Assembly (NCBI GenBank): GCA_964248365.1
Contig: CAXTYC010000007.1
Span: 28,552-92,551 of the forward strand
DNA from: an uncultured Chroococcidiopsis sp.
GTDB taxonomy: Bacteria; Cyanobacteriota; Cyanobacteriia; Cyanobacteriales; Chroococcidiopsidaceae
Direction of reading: 5' to 3'
Length of the DNA: 64,000 nucleotides
Below the pieces are notes generated by a model. That model was not told the origin of the DNA, did no database searches, and saw only the letters and a list, made by a program, of their open reading frames with translations. Positions 30,820 through 42,430 of this stretch are shown here, piece by piece. A program made the translations under genes and the position numbers. Position 1 is the stretch's first letter. The number at the start of each line of letters is the position of its first letter.

Positions 30820-31311
30820 CTAGCCTCCAGCCCCTAGCCCCTGATAGTGAGGTACAGCTAGCCAAGAAGTAGCTAACCAGGAGATAGTGATGCCAAGTAT
30901 TGAGCCAACAATGACTTGAAAAGGAGTGTGTCCTAGTAATTCTTTGAGACGGTCTTCATTAAATTCGTGGTGTTCACTAAACAATTCGTCAATCATTTGG
31001 TTGAGTATACGGGCTTGCTTACCGGCGGCTTGTCGTACCCCAGCAGCATCGTACATGACGATGATGGCAAAGATGGTAGCGATCGCAAATTCTGGACTTG
31101 CCCAACCAGCGGTTTGACCGACTCCAGTAGCTAGGGCTGTAACCAAAGCCGAATGGGAACTGGGCATACCTCCAGTTGTTACTAAGACGCGAAAATTCAC
31201 TTTGCGATTTTTCACCAATTCGACCACAAGTTTTGATGCTTGAGCAATTAGACAAGCTATGACAGCAACCAGCAGCACGCTGTTATCTAGAATGTCGCCA
31301 ATATCGTGCAT
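30820..31311 (-). CDS. Divergent PAP2 family (DUF212) protein
   Basis: GGMPSSHSA, VMYDAAGVR, LKELLGHTP; usual neighbour of crtE. Confidence 0.92.
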   Translation of the reverse strand: MHDIGDILDNSVLLVAVIACLIAQASKLVVELVKNRKVNFRVLVTTGGMPSSHSALVTALATGVGQTAGWASPEFAIATIFAIIVMYDAAGVRQAAGKQARILNQMIDELFSEHHEFNEDRLKELLGHTPFQVIVGSILGITISWLATSWLAVPHYQGLGAGG

Positions 31312-31406
31312 GGTATTTTAGTGTAAGTGAGGAAATATCAGCATGGCTCTGGTTAGCTGGTGGACTCTTGAAGCTAACAGCTAATAGCTAATAGCTGACA
31401 ACTAAT

Positions 31407-32333
31407 TTAGTGAGTGCGGTTAGTGATAAAGTCGGCAAGAGCCAGTAATGGTTTAGCACCCTCTCCAAACGAGGCTAGTTCTTCTTTGGCAGCACTAATC
31501 AACTGCTGCGCCTGACGCTTAGATTCCTCTATTCCCCAAAGGCTAGGATAGGTCACTTTTTGCGCTTGTAAATCTTTCCCAGCACTCTTGCCTAGTTCCT
31601 CTTTCGTTTTGGTGATATCCAAGATATCATCCACAATTTGAAACGCTAGCCCGATATTTTGAGCATAGCCAGACAGCCGTTGTAATTCCGGTGCGCCTAG
31701 CCCTGCCAAAATTCCCCCACACACTACACTAGCTTCTAACAAGGCAGCAGTTTTGTGATTATGAATAAATTGGAGAGTTTCTTGTGAGACATCAGGCTTA
31801 CCTTCCGACTCCAAATCAACTACCTGACCCCCAACTAACCCAGCTGCTCCCACAGCCCGTCCCAGACGGGAAACCACCTGTAACAATCGCTCTGCTGGTA
31901 CATTTTGCGTATGAGCGGTAACATACTCAAAAGCCAACGCTAACAAACCATCCCCAGCTAGAATGGCAATATTTTCACCGTATACCTTGTGGTTTGTCAG
32001 CCGACCTCGCCGATAGTCGTCGTTGTCCATCGCTGGCAGATCATCATGGATCAATGACATTGTGTGGATCATTTCCAGGGCGCAAGCCGTTGGCATTGCC
32101 GTTTCTATCGTACCTCCACCCATTTCACAGGTAGCAAGGCAGAGAATTGGACGCAAGCGCTTACCTCCAGCTAATAGCGAGTAGCGCATCGCTTCATAAA
32201 TCTTCTCTGGATAAGTCACTGGCATGGCATCATCCAAAGCGGCTTCTACTTGAGCTTGTCGCTCTTGCAGATAAGCTGAAAGGTCAAATGGGGCTTCCCC
32301 TTGGGACATCTGAAGGTTATCTGCTGCTACCAT
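31407..32333 (-). CDS. crtE: Geranylgeranyl diphosphate synthase
   Basis: [31 protein letters not shown]. Confidence 0.95.
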   Translation of the reverse strand: MVAADNLQMSQGEAPFDLSAYLQERQAQVEAALDDAMPVTYPEKIYEAMRYSLLAGGKRLRPILCLATCEMGGGTIETAMPTACALEMIHTMSLIHDDLPAMDNDDYRRGRLTNHKVYGENIAILAGDGLLALAFEYVTAHTQNVPAERLLQVVSRLGRAVGAAGLVGGQVVDLESEGKPDVSQETLQFIHNHKTAALLEASVVCGGILAGLGAPELQRLSGYAQNIGLAFQIVDDILDITKTKEELGKSAGKDLQAQKVTYPSLWGIEESKRQAQQLISAAKEELASFGEGAKPLLALADFITNRTH

Positions 32334-32479
32334 CCCTTTTTTCCTGATCGCTGCTTCATCTCCGTAACAATTTTACGGGGCTTTGGGCAAGGTTGAAGTA
32401 TGAAGTTAGAAGGATAAAGTGTAAAGTGTAGAAATTTCAGCCTTTAGCCCTTATCCTACCCCTTCGCTCCTCGCGCTCG

Positions 32480-33361
32480 CTACATCCTTTCATGGAGTTG
32501 GGAATAGCTCAATACTGTATTTTGCAATAGCATGGCTACGGTCATTGGACCTATGCCGCCTGGAACTGGGGTGAGAAATTCTGCCACTTCTTGAACTGAC
32601 TCAAAATCCACGTCCCCAACTAAACGGCTATTACCATTGCCATCCTCTACACGATTAATGCCGACATCTACTACAACAGCCCCCCTTTTGACCATTTCGG
32701 CTGTGATCAGTTTTGTCCGACCTACGGCGGCGATGAGAATATCAGCTTGCCGAGTGATGGCTGGAAGGTTATGCGATCGGGAGTGGGCGATCGTCACTGT
32801 GGCATCAGCCTCTAGTAACATCAAAGCTAGGGGCTTGCCTACTAAAATACTCCGACCAACGACAACCGCTTGTTTTCCCTTGGGATCAATCTGATATTCC
32901 TGCAACAAACGCATTACTCCTGCTGGGGTACAACTGCGTAAACCTTTTTCCCCCCGCACAAGTCGCCCCAAATTAGCTGGGTGCAGTCCGTCAGCATCTT
33001 TGTCTGGATCGATTTGATGCAGTAAGCTAACGGCATCTAAGTGATCTGGTAAAGGCAGTTGAACAAGAATGCCGTCCACCCGTTGATCCTGATTTAGGGC
33101 AAGAATTGCTTGCTCTAATTCTGATTGACTGGTGTTGACTGGGAAATGCTGCCCAAAGGAGGCAATACCAACTTTATTACTTGCTCGTTCTTTATTACGT
33201 ACATAGGCAGCACTAGCAGGATTATCACCCACCATCAACACGGCTAAACCTGGTTTTCGTCCAATTTGCGGTTGTAATGCTTGAATGCGCTGTTGTAGTT
33301 CGATCTGAATTTTCTCAGCTAGTGCTTTACCATCCATTAATTGGGCAGTTTTTGTATTCAT
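32480..33361 (-). CDS. folD: Methylenetetrahydrofolate dehydrogenase/cyclohydrolase
   Basis: [40 protein letters not shown]. Confidence 0.97.
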   Translation of the reverse strand: MNTKTAQLMDGKALAEKIQIELQQRIQALQPQIGRKPGLAVLMVGDNPASAAYVRNKERASNKVGIASFGQHFPVNTSQSELEQAILALNQDQRVDGILVQLPLPDHLDAVSLLHQIDPDKDADGLHPANLGRLVRGEKGLRSCTPAGVMRLLQEYQIDPKGKQAVVVGRSILVGKPLALMLLEADATVTIAHSRSHNLPAITRQADILIAAVGRTKLITAEMVKRGAVVVDVGINRVEDGNGNSRLVGDVDFESVQEVAEFLTPVPGGIGPMTVAMLLQNTVLSYSQLHERM

Positions 33362-33442
33362 TGCGGTTTGGGGAACTTTGCTAGAGTGTACCTGTCTTGG
33401 GCAATTGTTATTCTTAGGATCTAATAGTTTACGAAATTTAAG

Positions 33443-33919
33443 ATGTTTAACGTAGACCGAAGGGCTTGCCGCAGGCTACCGCAAAGGACGCAAAGGGCGC
33501 TAAGGAAACAGAGAGGATTTTATGAATTTTTTGGGATCGCTATAGGAGGGAAAATTTTTATTTTAGCTATTTATTCGTTTTTGGGAGTTGGGCTAGTTAG
33601 TTGTGGTGGTTTATCTCCGTATACGATGAATAGAATTGACTTGATAACGGGGGTTGATGTTGTTAATATTCGCAATCTTACACATGAGCAAAACACAGAA
33701 GCTACAGTTTATGTGCGAGGCAAAGTAATACGGCAAGTTCCTTTAGTTGATTGGCGAGTGTATCAACTGCAAGATACAACTGGTAGCATTTGGGTTTTAA
33801 GTAAAAAAACTAACTTAAGACCACAAGAGCAAGTTTTGATTAAAGGCAAGGTGCGCCACAAAAGTATTCCTATTGCAGGCAAGGATTTTGGGGAAGTTTA
33901 CGTAGAAGAGGAACAATAG
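33443..33919 (+). CDS. Putative OB-fold lipoprotein (true start probably downstream)
   Basis: LVSC lipobox; VYVRGKV...[14 protein letters not shown]-fold pattern. Confidence 0.7.
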   Translation: MFNVDRRACRRLPQRTQRALRKQRGFYEFFGIAIGGKIFILAIYSFLGVGLVSCGGLSPYTMNRIDLITGVDVVNIRNLTHEQNTEATVYVRGKVIRQVPLVDWRVYQLQDTTGSIWVLSKKTNLRPQEQVLIKGKVRHKSIPIAGKDFGEVYVEEEQ

Positions 33920-33954
33920 CTAGAACAAATTTTAACTTGTTAATGCCCAAAATC

Positions 33955-34380
33955 ATGAGTAATCAAACTGTTGAAGTAGCGATCGCTATCCTCTACCGCG
34001 ACAACAAATTTCTCTTCCAACTTCGAGACGACATCCCTAACATTGTCTACCCTGGACACTGGGGACTATTTGGCGGTCATCTCGATCCTGGGGAAACTCC
34101 CGAAGTTGCCGTAAAACGAGAACTGTTAGAAGAAATCGGCTATACTATTGCGAGTATATCAAAGTTTGGCTGTTACAACGATATTAAGGTAGTTCGCCAT
34201 GTTTACCACGCACCCCTGACAGTCAAATTAAATCAGCTAATTCTGGCTGAAGGCTGGGATTTAGACTTATTAACATCTGAGCAAATTCGTCAAGGCAATT
34301 GTTATTCAGCTAAAGCCGATCAAGTGTTACCTCTAGTACCCGCTGCACAAAGAATTTTACTTGATTTCATCGGCAAATGA
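33955..34380 (+). CDS. NUDIX hydrolase
   Basis: GGHLDPGETPEVAVKRELLEEIG Nudix box. Confidence 0.93.
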   Translation: MSNQTVEVAIAILYRDNKFLFQLRDDIPNIVYPGHWGLFGGHLDPGETPEVAVKRELLEEIGYTIASISKFGCYNDIKVVRHVYHAPLTVKLNQLILAEGWDLDLLTSEQIRQGNCYSAKADQVLPLVPAAQRILLDFIGK

Positions 34381-34390
34381 AAACGACAAA

Positions 34391-35029
34391 ATGAACCTGC
34401 CTTTTTTTAATTTGAATGCTTTAGAACAAGAACTGAAAGAACTGCCTCACCTTCACAGAGTTGCTTTTGCAGCTGCTATTTGCGAAAGAATGCTGCCCAA
34501 CTACAACGCCTTTTCACGCATGGAAAATTGGGGCAACCCTTCTGTACCAAGAAAGGCACTTGATGAGATTTGGCATATTTTGCTAGGAGAACCAGCAAAT
34601 GTCACAAAACTTCACCAATTAAGACAAGAGTGCGGTTGCGAAGGTGTCTTTCCTGATTGCGATAAATTTTGCGATTCCTACTATCTTTTTGAAGCCCAAG
34701 AAACTCTTTTTGCTATCCGTGCTACCTTGCAAGCTTTTCTAGATTCAGACTTGCAAAATATCCTCTAGGTTGTTAAATGTGCTAGATTTAATACTATTGA
34801 ATCATTTATATATGCGAGAGACAAATCCTTTAAGGTGAGTCCACAAGAAGATGAATTAGAAGTGATTGCCCCCATGATCGCCAATCATCCATTAGCAGTG
34901 CGGGAATTGGCAAAAGAAAATGAAGATTTGCAAAGATTGAAAGAAGCGAAAACGCTGGATTGCGAATTGCTGAAATGGCTTCGCACTTCGTTCAATAATG
35001 ACGGAAAGAGTATAATAGACGCGATTTGA
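34391..35029 (+). pseudogene. DUF416/YjaG-family gene interrupted by an in-frame TAG at 34766-34768
   Basis: AFAAAICERMLPNY..F motif; the frame stays open after the TAG (VVKCARFNTIES...) and joins the 34835-35029 ORF. Confidence 0.75.
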
Positions 35030-35393
35030 TATCGTTATTAGTTACTAAGCTGAGCCAGGAAACGAGGGTTTAGAGGGCGCAAACAAAGCTGAGTTTTACA
35101 CTATTTTGTCAAAATTATGAAATAATCTAGTTATTTATTTAAAAATTCAGCAAAAAAAGATTAACTAGATGCGGATTTTAGTTCACTTAACATCTCACAA
35201 AAATATTCAAAAAATTATGTAGTAATGAAAATGCTCAAATTAGAGAAGCAAGCGCTTGAAGTTTATGAGAAATAAATAAACAAGATGCATTTGTTTATCT
35301 GAAGAAATTAAAAGCTGACATAATACTTGAAGTTTTGACAGAATACATTAATGATAATAGTTGAGCAGTTGAAATTAGTTTATAATTAATTAA

Positions 35394-36257
35394 ATGAGTT
35401 TTGAACCTGCTGCCAAGGCATGGCATAACGGCAAGATAGTTGAACGGGAACAAGCTGCACCATCGATCGCTAGCCACTCTCTGCACCTGGGTGTAGGTGT
35501 ATTTGATGGTATCATGGCGTATTGGAATGGCGATCGCTATTACATTCATCGTCTGGAAGCACATTTAGATCGCCTGCGTCATGGTGCTACAAAAATGGGG
35601 CTGCAATTTTCCTGGTCGAATCAAGATATAAAATCAGGTTTGTTGTCACTCCTAGATCAAATTCCCGCAACTAATTACTACATCCGACCAATTGTTTACC
35701 GTGCCGGAGCATATCTAACCTTTAACGATGAAATGCCTGTCGATATTACTATATTGGCAGTTACTATTGCCCGTGATGTAGACAAATCTCTTACTTGCCA
35801 CATTTCAAAATTTGAGCGTGTTTCTGGTCGTGCTATTCCAGTAACCTGGAAGATATGCGGCACATACGTTAACAGTTACTTAAGCCGTCGTGCGGCTGGG
35901 GCGGATGGATTTGATGATGCCATCTTGCTCGATCAAAAAGGTAGAATTACCGAAGCAACAGCCGCTAATATTTTTTTCCTACAAAAAGATACAGTTATTA
36001 CACCAGCACTGACTGAAAATATTTTTCCTGGCATCACCCGTTCTACACTGCTAGATATTGCCTCTGAGGTAGGAATTGAAGTGATTGAACGCGATATTTT
36101 CCCAGAAGAACTAAGAAATTTCGAGGGTGCTTTCTTAGCCGCCACCATGATGGAATTAAAGCCATTAGCAAGGATTGATAACTATCACTATGAGTCGTCA
36201 AACCATCCCTTATTTCGTTGCTTTTTGCATGAGTTTCGCCAGATTACCCACCAATAA
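35394..36257 (+). CDS. Class IV aminotransferase (branched-chain aminotransferase-like)
   Basis: GVFDGI, HLDRL, KICGTY, EATAANIF, PGITR. Confidence 0.88.
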   Translation: MSFEPAAKAWHNGKIVEREQAAPSIASHSLHLGVGVFDGIMAYWNGDRYYIHRLEAHLDRLRHGATKMGLQFSWSNQDIKSGLLSLLDQIPATNYYIRPIVYRAGAYLTFNDEMPVDITILAVTIARDVDKSLTCHISKFERVSGRAIPVTWKICGTYVNSYLSRRAAGADGFDDAILLDQKGRITEATAANIFFLQKDTVITPALTENIFPGITRSTLLDIASEVGIEVIERDIFPEELRNFEGAFLAATMMELKPLARIDNYHYESSNHPLFRCFLHEFRQITHQ

Positions 36258-36379
36258 AATAATTCACAATTCGTAATTTGGAATTATTTTATAGCTCCCT
36301 CAGCTCCCTCAGCTTCCTTTTGCTCTCTTATCTGCGGTAAAGTCGTAAAAGACACAAGTGTATAACTGACTGGCTATCC

Positions 36380-39022
36380 ATGAAAGTTCCTCCTGCATCT
36401 ACTCCAGAAGAAACCCCGCTCAAAGCGCAACCTCACTGTGATACTCGAATAGTAGATCGCAGCAAGCTGAGTAAGATGTATCAGCACTATGTCGAGGTGA
36501 AAGATAAGTATCCTCATGCTTTACTGCTGTATCGCTGTGGAGATTTCTTTGAAACTTTTTTTGAAGATGCTGTAGTTGTAGCAAGAGAACTCGAACTCGT
36601 CCTTACCAGTAAGCACGGGGGCGAAGTTGGTAGGGTAGCAATGACAGGAGTGCCACATCATGCTTGGGAACGCTATACTACCCAACTGGTGGAAAAAGGG
36701 TATGCAGTTGTAATTTGCGATCAAGTAGAAGACGCGGCTGAGGCTGTTGGTTTGGTGCGGCGAGAGGTGACACGCATCCTTACTCCTGGTACTTTGCTGG
36801 AAGAGGGAATGCTCAAGTCAAGTCGTAATAATTATCTTGCAGCCGTAGTTATTGCAGGAAATCACTGGGGTTTAGCCTATACTGATATTTCGACGGGCGA
36901 ATTTCTCACTACGCAAGCTAGCGATTTAGAGCATCTGACACAAGAATTGATGCGTTTACAGCCTTCGGAGGTGCTTTTTCCCACCAATGCACCAGATTTG
37001 AGGGCGTTGCTGCGTCCAGGGGAAACATCGGAACATCTACCCCAATGTCTACCCCCATCATTTTGTTATGCCTTGCGATCGCAAATTCCTTTTTCCTCAG
37101 CCGAAGCTAGACAAAGATTATTACAAAGATTTAAAGTGCGAAGTCTTGAAGGTTTCGGCTGTGAAGATTTACCCCTAGCAGTAAGGGCAGCTGGGGGCTT
37201 ACTGGAGTATTTAGAAGAAACCCAAAAAGAAAACCCAGTTTCTCTTCAACACCTACGCACCTATACGATCACAGATTACCTCATTTTAGATTACCAAACA
37301 AGGCGCAATCTTGAAATTACCCAAACAGTCAGAGATGGCACTTTTCACGGTTCTCTTTTGTGGGCGGTGGATAAAACTAGTACCGCAATGGGTGGTAGGG
37401 CTTTGCGACGGTGGTTTTTACAACCGCTATTAGATATAAAAGGTATTCGAGCAAGACTTGATACTATTCAAGAACTGCTAGAAAACGGTTCCCTACGTCA
37501 AGATTTACGGCAACTACTACGCCAAATATATGACTTAGAAAGGCTAACTGGTAGGGCAGGTTCTGGAACGGCAAACGCTAGAGATTTAGTAGCTTTGGCT
37601 GATTCCTTGTTGAGATTACCCCAAATTGCGCGGTTGGTAGAAGAAGTGCGATCGCCTTATCTACGCGCTTTACAGAAAGTACCACCAATTTTAGAACAAC
37701 TAGGGCAAAAACTCCGCGAACATATTGTAGAATCGCCCCCAATTCACATAACAGAAGGAAATTTAATTCGTCCTGGTATAAATCCCCAATTAGATCAAAG
37801 GCGGCAGCTGTTAGAAGAAGATCTGCAATGGGTTGCTAATTTTGAAATCGATGAAAAGGCAAGGACGGGAATACCTACGCTCAAAGTAGGTCACAATGAT
37901 ACTTTTGGTTACTACATTAGTATTTCCCGCGCTAAAACCGATCAAGTTCCCACTAACTACATCCGCAAGCAAACTCTGAAGAATGAAGAGCGCTATTATA
38001 CTCCAGAGTTGAAGGAACGCGAAGCGCGTATCCTTACGGCACAGAAGGATTTGAATCAGCTAGAGTATGAGGTTTTCGCCGAGTTACGGCTGATGGTGGC
38101 ACAAGAGGCGGAATTAATTCGTAATATATCTCGTGCTGTGGCAGCTGCGGATGTGTTGTGTGGTTTTGCTGAGGTGGCGGTTTATCAGGGATATTGCCGA
38201 CCTGAAGTTGTGGAGGGGCGAGAGATTACGATTGTTGATGGGCGGCATCCTGTTGTTGAGCAGTCTTTGCCTGCTGGGTTTTTTGTGCCAAATTCGACCC
38301 AGTTGGGGAGGGAAGAAACGAACCGCCCAGACGCAAGCCTGGGGTTTAAACCCCAGGGAAACGCACAGAAGGAGGAGAAGCCGGATTTGATTATTTTGAC
38401 GGGACCTAATGCTAGTGGGAAGAGTTGTTATCTACGGCAGGTGGGGTTGATTCAGTTGATGGCTCAGGTGGGTAGTTTTGTGCCTGCGCGTGAGGCTAGG
38501 TTGCCAGTTTGCGATCGCATTTTCACCCGCGTGGGGGCGGTGGATGATTTGGCTACTGGTCAATCTACTTTTATGGTGGAAATGAATGAGACTGCTAATA
38601 TTCTCAATCATGCTAGTGCTAAATCTTTGGTGTTGTTGGATGAGATTGGTAGGGGAACGGCGACTTTTGATGGGCTTTCTATCGCTTGGGCTGTGGCAGA
38701 ATATCTAGCTACTGAAATTAAGGCACGAACGATTTTTGCTACTCATTACCACGAATTGAATGAATTGGCTTCGATTTTGTCTAATGTGGCTAATTATCAG
38801 GTGACGGTGAAGGAATTACCTGACCAAATTATTTTCTTGCACCAGGTTCAGCCTGGTGGTGCTGATAAGTCTTATGGTATTGAGGCGGGACGCTTGGCGG
38901 GTTTACCAGCTGTAGTAATTGCGCGGGCTAAGCAAGTTATGGGGCAAATCGAACAGCACAGCAAAATTGCCATCGGTTTACGTGAAAGCAACTTGACTGG
39001 GGGGCTAGAGGCTAGGGGCTAG
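36380..39022 (+). CDS. mutS: DNA mismatch repair protein MutS
   Basis: [38 protein letters not shown]. Confidence 0.98.
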   Translation: MKVPPASTPEETPLKAQPHCDTRIVDRSKLSKMYQHYVEVKDKYPHALLLYRCGDFFETFFEDAVVVARELELVLTSKHGGEVGRVAMTGVPHHAWERYTTQLVEKGYAVVICDQVEDAAEAVGLVRREVTRILTPGTLLEEGMLKSSRNNYLAAVVIAGNHWGLAYTDISTGEFLTTQASDLEHLTQELMRLQPSEVLFPTNAPDLRALLRPGETSEHLPQCLPPSFCYALRSQIPFSSAEARQRLLQRFKVRSLEGFGCEDLPLAVRAAGGLLEYLEETQKENPVSLQHLRTYTITDYLILDYQTRRNLEITQTVRDGTFHGSLLWAVDKTSTAMGGRALRRWFLQPLLDIKGIRARLDTIQELLENGSLRQDLRQLLRQIYDLERLTGRAGSGTANARDLVALADSLLRLPQIARLVEEVRSPYLRALQKVPPILEQLGQKLREHIVESPPIHITEGNLIRPGINPQLDQRRQLLEEDLQWVANFEIDEKARTGIPTLKVGHNDTFGYYISISRAKTDQVPTNYIRKQTLKNEERYYTPELKEREARILTAQKDLNQLEYEVFAELRLMVAQEAELIRNISRAVAAADVLCGFAEVAVYQGYCRPEVVEGREITIVDGRHPVVEQSLPAGFFVPNSTQLGREETNRPDASLGFKPQGNAQKEEKPDLIILTGPNASGKSCYLRQVGLIQLMAQVGSFVPAREARLPVCDRIFTRVGAVDDLATGQSTFMVEMNETANILNHASAKSLVLLDEIGRGTATFDGLSIAWAVAEYLATEIKARTIFATHYHELNELASILSNVANYQVTVKELPDQIIFLHQVQPGGADKSYGIEAGRLAGLPAVVIARAKQVMGQIEQHSKIAIGLRESNLTGGLEARG

Positions 39023-39126
39023 GGGCTAGAAGAGGACTTGGGGAGGGGGAAGACTTGGAGACAGGGGGAAGCTTAAAGTAATTCTCACCTTGTCCCCTTG
39101 TCCCCTTGTCCCCTGCTCTGTTTCCC

Positions 39127-39801
39127 CTACTTCCCCAAAATCAATATATTTCCCTGCTCGTCAACTACTCCAGCTTCTCCAACTCCATGCACCCAAATTT
39201 TGCCCAGTGCAATGGTTTTGCTGTAATGCTCGTGATGATGACCGTGAAATGCTGTTTTGACTCCCATTGCTTTGGCTAAAGCGTCAAGTTCTTTGAAGCC
39301 GTAGCGATGGCTGGATGGAGCTTCATGAGTTACCAGAATATCAGCTTGCTGTGAAGCGAGTGTTTTGTAATGCTGCCAGAATATACTCGCATGGTGTTTG
39401 CGGGGAATTCCACCACGCCAGCGTTCTCCTTTGCGACAATTGAATAAGAGATCTTTGGGACTACGGAATTTTGGCACAGCGGGGGGCATCCAGATTTTGG
39501 CTCGGAAAACTCCGCCCAGTCCAGCTACTCGCTTGCCATCAATTTCGACTACACGACCATGTAGATTGTGGTGGGCAAGTTTGGAATTGAATAGGTTATC
39601 ATACCACTGGTCTTGGTCAGCGTCATGGTTGCCGGGGATAAACCATACTTGAGTTTTGTCTAGTATGGCAGCCAGCTCTAAATCAAGCGATCGCTCTAGG
39701 TCATAATCTCCCAGCAAAACTACTGCCTTGGGAGAATATGTTTCTACCGCCTGAATAATCGCTCTGAAATCGCCGTGCGGATCTCCACCAAACAAAATCA
39801 T
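39127..39801 (-). CDS. Metallophosphoesterase
   Basis: GDPHG, GDYD, GNHD, HGHHH motifs. Confidence 0.92.
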   Translation of the reverse strand: MILFGGDPHGDFRAIIQAVETYSPKAVVLLGDYDLERSLDLELAAILDKTQVWFIPGNHDADQDQWYDNLFNSKLAHHNLHGRVVEIDGKRVAGLGGVFRAKIWMPPAVPKFRSPKDLLFNCRKGERWRGGIPRKHHASIFWQHYKTLASQQADILVTHEAPSSHRYGFKELDALAKAMGVKTAFHGHHHEHYSKTIALGKIWVHGVGEAGVVDEQGNILILGK

Positions 39802-39989
39802 GACGTTGACAATAAAACATCCTATTTATCAGGATCGTACTGTCCGCACTCAAGTCGGGAAATGTTACATTTCTAAATTATCTGCCCCCAGTTGGATTAC
39901 ACTTTGTTGCAGAATGCTAATGACAGCAAACATTGAATGGTAATTTCTATTTTTGGATAGCGCAGCAAAAAAAGGAGAACACTGTAGCA

Positions 39990-40244
39990 ATGCAATTAAA
40001 AATACTACCCAACGATATGGTACGGGAAGATTTGAGTGATTATGTTGCCCATCTTCAACTACATATGGCTCTGCAAGCTCGAAATCTCGTTCCCACCCTT
40101 ACCCAACAAGTAGTAGATAGCCGCGAACAGTTACTCCACCAAACCCAAGCAACTTTTGAAAAAATGGCTTCTCGCCAATCAATTTACCCCTACGGTCAGC
40201 AAAGATTATGTCCATTGTTGACAAAACTTAAAGTTTTTGCTTGA
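39990..40244 (+). CDS. Small hypothetical protein
   Basis: ORF with upstream AGGAG and a downstream terminator. Confidence 0.65.
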   Translation: MQLKILPNDMVREDLSDYVAHLQLHMALQARNLVPTLTQQVVDSREQLLHQTQATFEKMASRQSIYPYGQQRLCPLLTKLKVFA

Positions 40245-40264
40245 GAAATTTAAAATTTAAATTC

Positions 40265-40315
40265 AAAGACCTTGTGAGTTAAACAAAAATTGTCTAGCCA
40301 CAAGGTCTTTTTTTT
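40265..40315 (+). terminator. Rho-independent terminator
   Basis: AAAGACCTTGTG...CACAAGGTCTTT followed by a T run. Confidence 0.75.
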
Positions 40316-40554
40316 GAGGAGCAATGAGCAGGAGTGAGGAGCGAAGGAAAAGGTGAGAGTGGGAGAAATTATGAATTCCCTTGTCCCCTTGTCCCCTTGT
40401 CCTCTTGTCCTCTTAGCGCCTTTGCGTCTTTGCGTGACCAAAATCTAAAATCTGAAATTGGACAGACAACGGCATTTGCTATAAAACCGTTAATATAATG
40501 GCAGCGATCAACAATTGTTTGTTACTTCGCAGCTAAATAGTAGCCCGATGAACC

Positions 40555-41799
40555 ATGACTTCAGTGCTTCCCCAAAACTCCAGCGTTGTCATCCGACCAT
40601 TTCAAAACCGAGATCTGGAACAAATTGAACGACTCTATGCCGAGTCGTTCGAGGCGGAAAATTCAGTAGGAAATAGCGACCAAAAGCAGTTGCACTGGCT
40701 GCGTGGCTGGTACTGGCTGCTGAAGTTTTTCAGCGTCTTTCCCAACCCACTCCAGTACCGTTTCTGTGTCTACGTAGCAGAACAAAATCGGATGGTGCAG
40801 GGGATGATTAAAGTAGCGCCCTTCAACCGCACACGCAGTACTTGGAGGGTGGAAAAGGTTGCAGTTGATACCACCGTTCGCGCCCAAGGAATTGGCTCAC
40901 AACTTTTACGCCACTGTTTTGAAGCAATTGGGGAGGCTCGCACATGGTTGCTAGAAGTTGACGTTAATGACAAAGAAGCACTAGCTCTTTACCGCCAGAA
41001 TGGGTTTCAAACTCTAGCTCAGCTAACGTACTGGGAAATTAGACCAGAATTGCTTCAGGAATTGGCAATAGGCGAACCAGATCTGCCCAACCTTCTACCT
41101 GTAAGTAATGCCGATGCTCAACTTCTGTATCAGCTAGATACAGCATCTATGCCGCCCCTGGTGCGTCAAGTTTTTGACCGCAACGCAGATGATTTCAAAA
41201 CCAGCTTGTTAGGTGGGCTGCTCGAAGGCTTCAAGCAGTGGATGACCAAAACAGAGGTAGTAAGTGGATATGTGTTTGAACCCCAGCGCAAGGCTGCTAT
41301 AGGCTATTTTCAGGTGCGTGTGGATCGTCAGGGTAAACAACCCCATATGGCAACTTTGACAGTTCACCCAGCATATACCTGGCTGTATCCAGAGCTACTG
41401 TCCCAACTGGCGCGAATTAGCGGGGATTTTCCACCCCAATCTCTACGGCTGGCTTCGGCAGATTACCAACCAGAGCGGGAGGAGTATTTACAGCAAATTG
41501 GGGCAGATCGAATTGAACACACTCTGATGATGTCTCGTTCGGTTTGGCATAAGCTACGAGAATCTAAGTTGGTTTCCTTAGACGGGCTTCAATGGCCTGA
41601 AGTACTACAAGGTCTACAGCCTGCTCGCAAACCAGTTCCAGGCGGTATGTCTTGGGTAGAACGACGAGTGACTACGCCCCACTCCGTTCTTCACACCAGT
41701 TCATCTCATGAAAGTGCGGGGTATGTTAATAAATGCTCACCCGAAGCATTGCCACCATCGGAACCATCCCCACCGCAGTCAGAGAATGCTTGTGATTGA
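40555..41799 (+). CDS. GNAT-family N-acetyltransferase
   Basis: RAQGIGSQLL, ALALYRQNGF. Confidence 0.9.
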   Translation: MTSVLPQNSSVVIRPFQNRDLEQIERLYAESFEAENSVGNSDQKQLHWLRGWYWLLKFFSVFPNPLQYRFCVYVAEQNRMVQGMIKVAPFNRTRSTWRVEKVAVDTTVRAQGIGSQLLRHCFEAIGEARTWLLEVDVNDKEALALYRQNGFQTLAQLTYWEIRPELLQELAIGEPDLPNLLPVSNADAQLLYQLDTASMPPLVRQVFDRNADDFKTSLLGGLLEGFKQWMTKTEVVSGYVFEPQRKAAIGYFQVRVDRQGKQPHMATLTVHPAYTWLYPELLSQLARISGDFPPQSLRLASADYQPEREEYLQQIGADRIEHTLMMSRSVWHKLRESKLVSLDGLQWPEVLQGLQPARKPVPGGMSWVERRVTTPHSVLHTSSSHESAGYVNKCSPEALPPSEPSPPQSENACD

Positions 41800-42286
41800 A
41801 GACGAGCGATCGCACTTACAGCCAAAAAGTCAACCCCAGAGCCTAATTTCAGCCCTGGGTTTGGATATTGGTCGCAAACGCATCGGCGTAGCAGGCTGCG
41901 ATCGCACTGGTCTAATTGCCATTGGTCTAACCACCATCGAACGCAAATCTTTTGCCTCTGACATAGCACAATTTGAGCGCCTTGTCAAAGAGCGCTCAGT
42001 GCAAATCCTCGTCGTAGGTTTACCATATTCGATGGACGGAAGCATAGGTTTTCAAGCTAAACACGTACAAAAGTACGCTCAAAGGCTTGCCAAAGCTCTT
42101 AATTTGCCTTTGGTATATGTAGATGAGCGATTAACTTCCTTTCAAGCAGAACAAATGCTGCAAGCACAAAACCTTTCACCTTCTCGTAATAAAGGTTTGA
42201 TTGACCGCAAAGCAGCAGCACTGATTCTACAACAATGGTTAGATGAGCGCCGTCGATTAAATACAAGCACTTGGGCTAATAATTGA
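41786..42286 (+). CDS. ruvX: YqgF/RuvX pre-16S rRNA maturation nuclease
   Basis: LGLDIGRKRIGVA, VVGLP, DERLTS, IDRKAAALILQQWL. Confidence 0.95.
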   Translation: MLVIEDERSHLQPKSQPQSLISALGLDIGRKRIGVAGCDRTGLIAIGLTTIERKSFASDIAQFERLVKERSVQILVVGLPYSMDGSIGFQAKHVQKYAQRLAKALNLPLVYVDERLTSFQAEQMLQAQNLSPSRNKGLIDRKAAALILQQWLDERRRLNTSTWANN

Positions 42287-42430
42287 TAGCTACTACCAAC
42301 AGCGTGATATCCTGACTATCTAGACAGCACTTTATACCAGCTTTCCCGAAGGCTGGCATTTTGAGCAATTGCAAAACGTCGCGTGATTGACAAATTAACA
42401 GTAATTTGATCTCTTTTGGCTATACAGGCT

